From Idiomarina loihiensis L2TR (GTDB lineage: Bacteria; Pseudomonadota; Gammaproteobacteria; Enterobacterales; Alteromonadaceae): a DNA stretch of 32,000 nucleotides. The stretch's first letter is position 1; each line of letters opens with the position of its first letter. Below are positions 27,250 to 32,000 of this stretch, piece after piece. The stretch lies in assembly GCF_000008465.1 (NCBI RefSeq), contig NC_006512.1, positions 1,350,001-1,382,000 on the forward strand, given 5' to 3'. Under the pieces are notes generated by a model, which made no database searches, was not told the origin of the DNA, and worked only from the letters and a program-made list of their open reading frames with translations. Both the position numbers and the translations under genes were made by a program.

Positions 27250-29364
27250 ATGTATCGTTTTTTTATTGCGTGCTCCAAAGGCCTTGAAGGGCTTTTGTTT
27301 GATGAGTTGCAAGAGTTCAATTTAAGTCACGTTAAGCAAACCCTTGCGGGCTGCTATATCGAGGCTGATTTGCAGCAAGCGTATACCGTGGCTATGTGGT
27401 CCAGGTTAGCAAGCCGTATGCTATTACAACTGGGTGAAAAGGAAGTTTCCAGCCTGGATGAGATTAAACTGGCATTGACTCAATTCTCGTGGAGCAAGGT
27501 TTTCGATGCGAACAGAACCTTTGTAGTTGATTTCTCTGGCGGTAACGACGACATTCGCCACACTCAGTTTGGCGCACAGTTAGTAAAAGACTGTATTGTC
27601 GATAACTTTCGTAATAGCGGATTTGAACGCCCCAGTATCGATAAGCAGGACCCGGACATTCGTATTGCCGTGCGAGTACATAAAGACAAGCTCACCTGGT
27701 CTTTAGACTTTACCGGTGACGGCATGCACAAAAGGGGATATCGCCTGCAGCAGGGTGAAGCACCGCTGCGGGAAACCTTAGCTGCCGCTATATTAGTCCG
27801 CGCCGGCATCAAAAACGAATTGGAAAAAGACGAGCCCGTTATTTTTGACCCCTTTTGTGGCTCGGGTACCTTAGTCATTGAAGCCGCCATGATGGCAATG
27901 GACCACGCACCAGGTTTGAGCCGCGCGCATTGGGGCTTCTTGTTTTGGCATGAACATTCGCCGCAACTGTGGCACGACGTGCTAGAGCAGGCTGAGCAGC
28001 GCTTTAAAGAAGGTAAGAAGAACTTTAAAGGCCATTTAAAAGGCTCTGACAACAACCCTCATTTGGTCGCTAAAGCTAAAGATAACGCCAAGCGTGTGCT
28101 ATTGCATGAAGTGATAGAGTTTGAAGTTGCGGATGCAACAAACTGTGAAGCACCGGCAGAAAGTGGCCTGTTAGTCTGTAATCCTCCCTACGGTGAACGT
28201 CTGGGTGAGGCCGTTGAAACCTTACTGTTGTACCGCCGTTTTGGCCGTCAACTAAAAGACACTTTCCAGAATTGGCATATAGCGGTACTGGCAGGAGACG
28301 AACAGTTACTTAAACGTCTGAAACTGCGCAGCCATAAGAAATACCCGCTATTAAACGGTGCAATTCCGGTTAATTTGGCTCTTTACGACTTAACTAAAGA
28401 GCAACCTGACTTCGCAGAGAGTCAAGCTGACGACCTGGTTAATCGGGTTAAGAAGAACCATGCAAAATTAAGCAAGTGGGCTAACAAGGAAGGACTGGAT
28501 TGCTGGCGTGTTTATGATGCCGACATTCCTGAGTACAACGCCGCTATCGATATTTATCAGGATTACGTGGTTGTACAGGAATACGCAGCTCCAAAAGACA
28601 TTCCGGAAGGCGTTGCCAATGACCGTTTGTGGTTCATGCTCGAGTCTTTGAGTTCAGCCTTGCCGGTGTCAGAAGATAAAATCATTTTGAAACGCCGCCA
28701 ACGGCAAAGCGGTAAGCAGCAGTACGAAAGACAATCGCAGGACAGCACGGTGTTAACGGTTAATGAATACGGCGCCAAGTTTGAGGTGAATTTAACTGAT
28801 TACCTTGATACCGGCTTATTTATGGACCACAGACTGGTGCGTAAAGAGCTACTGGATAAATGCGAAGAATTGGATGTGCTGAATTTATTTGCCTATACCT
28901 GCACAGCCTCTGTTCAGGCTGCCAGAGCCGGAGCCGCACGAGTTGTTTCTGTTGATATGTCGAAAACTTACCTGAAGTGGGGCGAGCGTAACTTTGCCTT
29001 AAACCGCTTACGAGGCGACTACCAGTTTATTCAGGCTGACTGCTTTATCTGGATGCGGGAACAACGTGGCAAGCAACTGTTTGACGTTATTTTCCTTGAT
29101 CCGCCCACCTTTAGTAACTCAAAACGGATGAGCGGAACCTTAGACATACAGCGTGACCACGTTGGTTTGATAAAAACCGCCACGGGAATGTTGAAAGAGG
29201 ATGGCGTGATTCTATTCTCTAACAATAGAAAGAAATTCCGCATCGACACCGAAGGCCTGGATAAAGCCGGTCTTGAGGTAAATGATCAGACCCAGGCCTC
29301 AATACCCGAGGACTTCAAACGCCATAAAGGTATTCATCATTATTATATTATTTCACGGGCTTAA
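27250..29364 (+). CDS. rlmL: Bifunctional 23S rRNA m2G2445 / m7G2069 methyltransferase RlmKL
   Basis: 704 aa. The N-terminal THUMP/SAM-MTase region carries DPFCGSGT and [10 protein letters not shown] second C-terminal MTase module contains FLDPPTFS. The position upstream of uup matches E. coli. Confidence 0.92.
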
Positions 29365-29367
29365 TTA

Positions 29368-29607
29368 ATGTCTGCGTTTTATTTGCTTACGAAACCAAAC
29401 TGTCCGCTTTGTACTCAGGCTATTCAGTTACTGCATTCGCTCGACCTGGAAGAGCCGGTTGAACTTGGAGTAGTCGACATTGCCGAACAGCAGGAGCTGC
29501 AAGAAGAGTATGGCTGGTTAGTACCAGTATTTATTCGGGGAAAAGACGACGCAGAGTTGCGTTGGCCTTTCGATGCTAATCAATTGCTGGAGTTTGTAGA
29601 GCAATGA
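29368..29607 (+). CDS. Glutaredoxin-like small protein (DUF836-like), CPLC redox motif
   Basis: 79 aa. The sequence reads LLTKPNCPLCTQA...VDI...L...YGWLVPVF....ELRWPFD. It starts 3 nt after the rlmL stop, and its stop overlaps the uup ATG (ATGA). Confidence 0.7.
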   Translation: MSAFYLLTKPNCPLCTQAIQLLHSLDLEEPVELGVVDIAEQQELQEEYGWLVPVFIRGKDDAELRWPFDANQLLEFVEQ

Positions 29608-31550
29608 GTTTATTACGTGTACAGGATGCACACCTGGCCTTTGGCGCTGATGCCATTTTAGACGGTGTTGATTTTACCATTGAAGCCGGTGAACGAGTTT
29701 GTTTGGTTGGCCGTAACGGCGCCGGTAAATCCACTTTCTTAAAAGCGATAGATAACGAAGTGGTCTTAGATTCAGGCCAAATACAGTGGGTGGGCGATAC
29801 CAAAGTGACCCGTTTGCCGCAGGATCCGCCTAAACAGTCGGAACAGCGAGTGTTTGACTACGTAGCTGAAGCGCTGGCTGAATCGGGCAAAGCACTGGCT
29901 CGTTACCATGAATTGTCTGCCAGTCTTACTGACTCCCCCAGCAGCGCAACGCTTGACGAAATGGACAAACTGCAGAATCAACTGGATGCTATTAACGGCT
30001 GGCAAGTCAATACACGCATTGAACAGGTTTTGACTCAGCTGCAATTACCCGCAGATGAAACCATGGCCGCACTTTCCGGCGGTTGGTTGCGTCGCGTGGC
30101 GCTAGCTCGGGCGTTGGTTGTTGATCCGGACATCTTACTGCTGGATGAGCCGACCAACCACTTGGATATTGAAATGGTGCGTTGGCTGGAAGAGCAAATC
30201 GTTAACTTCTCCGGGGCTGTGTTATTTATCAGTCACGACCGGGCGTTTATCCGCCGTTTGGCTACACGAATTATCGATTTAGACCGCGGACATTTAACCA
30301 GTTACCCGGGCAGCTACGATACCTACCTGCAGAAAAAACAGGAAGCACTGGAAGTTGAAGCAAACCACAACGCTGAGTTTGATAAAAAGCTGGCAGCTGA
30401 AGAGACCTGGATACGCCAGGGCGTTAAGGCTCGCCGTACTCGTAACGAAGGGCGGGTACGTGCACTTCAGGATCTGCGGAAGCAACGTCAGCAAAGACGC
30501 GAACTTCAGGGTAAGGCAAATCTGGCAGTGAACGAATCCTCACGTTCCGGTAAAAAGGTCTTTGAAGGCGAAAATATGGCTTTGCGTTTTGGCGACAAGC
30601 CTATTATTAATGACCTGGATCTTTTGTTGATGCGCGGCGACAAAGTGGCGTTTGTCGGGCCTAATGGTTGTGGTAAAAGTACGCTGATTAAAGTTATTTT
30701 AGGCATGCAGGAAGTGGACAGCGGTAAAGTTCAGCTAGGCACTAATCTGGAAGTCGCTTACTTTGATCAACACCGGGCGCAGCTTGACCCTGAACAAACC
30801 GTTATGGACAACGTTGGTGACGGCAAGCAGGACATAGAGTTTCAGGGCCGCAGCCGACATATTTTAAGTTACCTGCAGGATTTTCTCTTTTCACCGAAAC
30901 AGTCACGAACCCCTGTTCGGGCGCTTTCCGGTGGAGAAAGGAACCGGGCGTTGTTAGCGAAAATACTGCTGAAACCCAGTAATATTCTAGTACTCGATGA
31001 GCCGACTAACGACCTGGATATTGAAACCTTAGAACTGCTCGAGCAAATTGTTGCGAATTATCAGGGTACGGTTCTGCTGGTCAGTCACGACAGGGAATTT
31101 GTAGACAACACAGCAACCAGCGTGCTGTATTTTGAAGGTGAGGGCGTTATTACTGAAATTATTGGTGGTTTTACCGAACTAAACCACTATTTAGCGGCAA
31201 AAGCTGAAAATTCATTTCATAGCAACGGAACCAAAGCGGCAGCTAAAGAGTCTGACAGCAACAAAAGTTCGCAAAGTAAGGGAAAAACCGCAGACAAAGG
31301 TTCAGACAAGCCGCGGAAGAAGTTATCCTATAAATTGCAACGCGAATTAGAGCAGTTACCCAAAGTTATTGCAGAAAAAGAAGCAAAACTTGAAGAATTA
31401 CAACAGTTAATGAATGAACCGGGGTTCTTCGAACAGCCATTAGAAAAAACCGAACCAGTCATGACTCAAATTGCCGAAATTGAAGGGCAGTTGATGCAGG
31501 ATCTGGAGCGCTGGGAAGAACTGGAAAACTTATCAGAACAGAGTAGTTAG
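29604..31550 (+). CDS. uup: ABC-F family ATPase Uup
   Basis: Two ABC cassettes are present (GRNGAGKST / LSGGW...LLLDEPTNHLD and GPNGCGKST / LSGGERNR...LVLDEPTNDLD). They are followed by a basic linker and a C-terminal coiled coil (LQRELEQLP...LEELQ). Confidence 0.93.
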   Translation: MSLLRVQDAHLAFGADAILDGVDFTIEAGERVCLVGRNGAGKSTFLKAIDNEVVLDSGQIQWVGDTKVTRLPQDPPKQSEQRVFDYVAEALAESGKALARYHELSASLTDSPSSATLDEMDKLQNQLDAINGWQVNTRIEQVLTQLQLPADETMAALSGGWLRRVALARALVVDPDILLLDEPTNHLDIEMVRWLEEQIVNFSGAVLFISHDRAFIRRLATRIIDLDRGHLTSYPGSYDTYLQKKQEALEVEANHNAEFDKKLAAEETWIRQGVKARRTRNEGRVRALQDLRKQRQQRRELQGKANLAVNESSRSGKKVFEGENMALRFGDKPIINDLDLLLMRGDKVAFVGPNGCGKSTLIKVILGMQEVDSGKVQLGTNLEVAYFDQHRAQLDPEQTVMDNVGDGKQDIEFQGRSRHILSYLQDFLFSPKQSRTPVRALSGGERNRALLAKILLKPSNILVLDEPTNDLDIETLELLEQIVANYQGTVLLVSHDREFVDNTATSVLYFEGEGVITEIIGGFTELNHYLAAKAENSFHSNGTKAAAKESDSNKSSQSKGKTADKGSDKPRKKLSYKLQRELEQLPKVIAEKEAKLEELQQLMNEPGFFEQPLEKTEPVMTQIAEIEGQLMQDLERWEELENLSEQSS

Positions 31551-31553
31551 TTA

Positions 31554-32000
31554 ATGAAATCATTTACGTTGAAGTCACTTACCGTAGCAATTGTTTCAAC
31601 AGTCTCTTTTGCATCTGCAGCAGACACTTATAATATTGAAACAATTGAAACTTTGAATAATTATCGAAGCAGTATCCCGCAAAGTATTAACGCAAGTGGG
31701 CAAATTGTTGGTGTTGCACGTTTTCCCGAAAATGTCGAAATTGATTTTTCTAAAGTTCCTTCGCGACTACTCGCGCAGATAGGTTTTGATCCCGAAGAAG
31801 ATGAAGAACTGACTATTGCTCAGTATCAGGCAATTGTAGAAAACCTGGGAAACTATGCAAATAGCAGCCTTCAGACTCAGCGTATTGGATTGAACCAGGC
31901 TTTTATTTATAACGGGACTAGCAGTGAAGTTAACGCGGTATCAGCAACTGCGGATCAACTCGCTAATAGCGTCGACAGCTTCTTATACTCTATCAATAAT
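31554..32000 (+). CDS. 5' part of a secreted protein of unknown function (149 codons, truncated by the window edge); possibly DUF3466-like
   Basis: ATG at 31554 lies 3 nt after the uup stop. I translated by hand to the window end and found no stop. The signal peptide is MKSFTLKSLTVAIVSTVSFASA-AD. This ORF is not in the supplied track because it has no stop in the window. Confidence 0.6.
   Translation, partial: MKSFTLKSLTVAIVSTVSFASAADTYNIETIETLNNYRSSIPQSINASGQIVGVARFPENVEIDFSKVPSRLLAQIGFDPEEDEELTIAQYQAIVENLGNYANSSLQTQRIGLNQAFIYNGTSSEVNAVSATADQLANSVDSFLYSINN

Noticed and set aside
27564-28055. 163-aa ORF antisense to rlmL, one of the longest secondary ORFs in the track
   Set aside because: It lies entirely inside a well-supported conserved gene on the opposite strand. 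Its composition is Cys/Ser/Arg/Pro-rich and protein-unlike. It has no Shine-Dalgarno and no motif. This is the typical shadow ORF of a coding region.

Overview
This window is a densely packed stretch of chromosomal core genome from a gammaproteobacterium. The gene order msrC-proQ-prc and pepN...pyrD-zapC...rlmL-uup mirrors E. coli. The extra genes (DUF2835 ORF, giant NAD-glutamate dehydrogenase, long-form GAPDH, Grx-like ORF) suggest a marine Alteromonadales/Vibrionales/Pseudomonas-like lineage; that assignment is inference only. I support 25 complete and 2 edge-truncated protein genes, one initiator tRNA-fMet on the minus strand, three clear rho-independent terminators and a few sigma70-like promoters. 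Content in order: an upstream ORF tail, a LytS-type kinase, a LytTR regulator and a DUF6279-like lipoprotein; pykA; msrB; a lipoprotein; long-form GAPDH; an M14 carboxypeptidase; an alanine/glycine:Na+ symporter. Next comes a tight six-gene operon (Zn-ribbon membrane protein, yeaC, msrC, acidic orphan ORF, proQ, prc). It is followed by an NSS transporter plus NhaC; pepN; DUF2835; gdhB; pyrD; zapC; tRNA-fMet; rlmL; a Grx-like ORF; uup; and the start of a secreted protein. I see no CRISPR array, IS element, integrase, phage genes, toxin-antitoxin pair or defence-island content. I cannot honestly claim a clearly novel multi-gene system here. The best leads are modest. (1) An extremely acidic 96-aa orphan ORF is translationally coupled to the RNA chaperone gene proQ. 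(2) A membrane-embedded LytS/LytTR pair is tightly coupled on both sides to uncharacterised ORFs. (3) A roughly 100-aa soluble insertion sits inside the alanine symporter. (4) An imperfect inverted repeat brackets the tRNA-fMet cassette between zapC and rlmL. All family assignments come from motif recognition by eye and need database confirmation.
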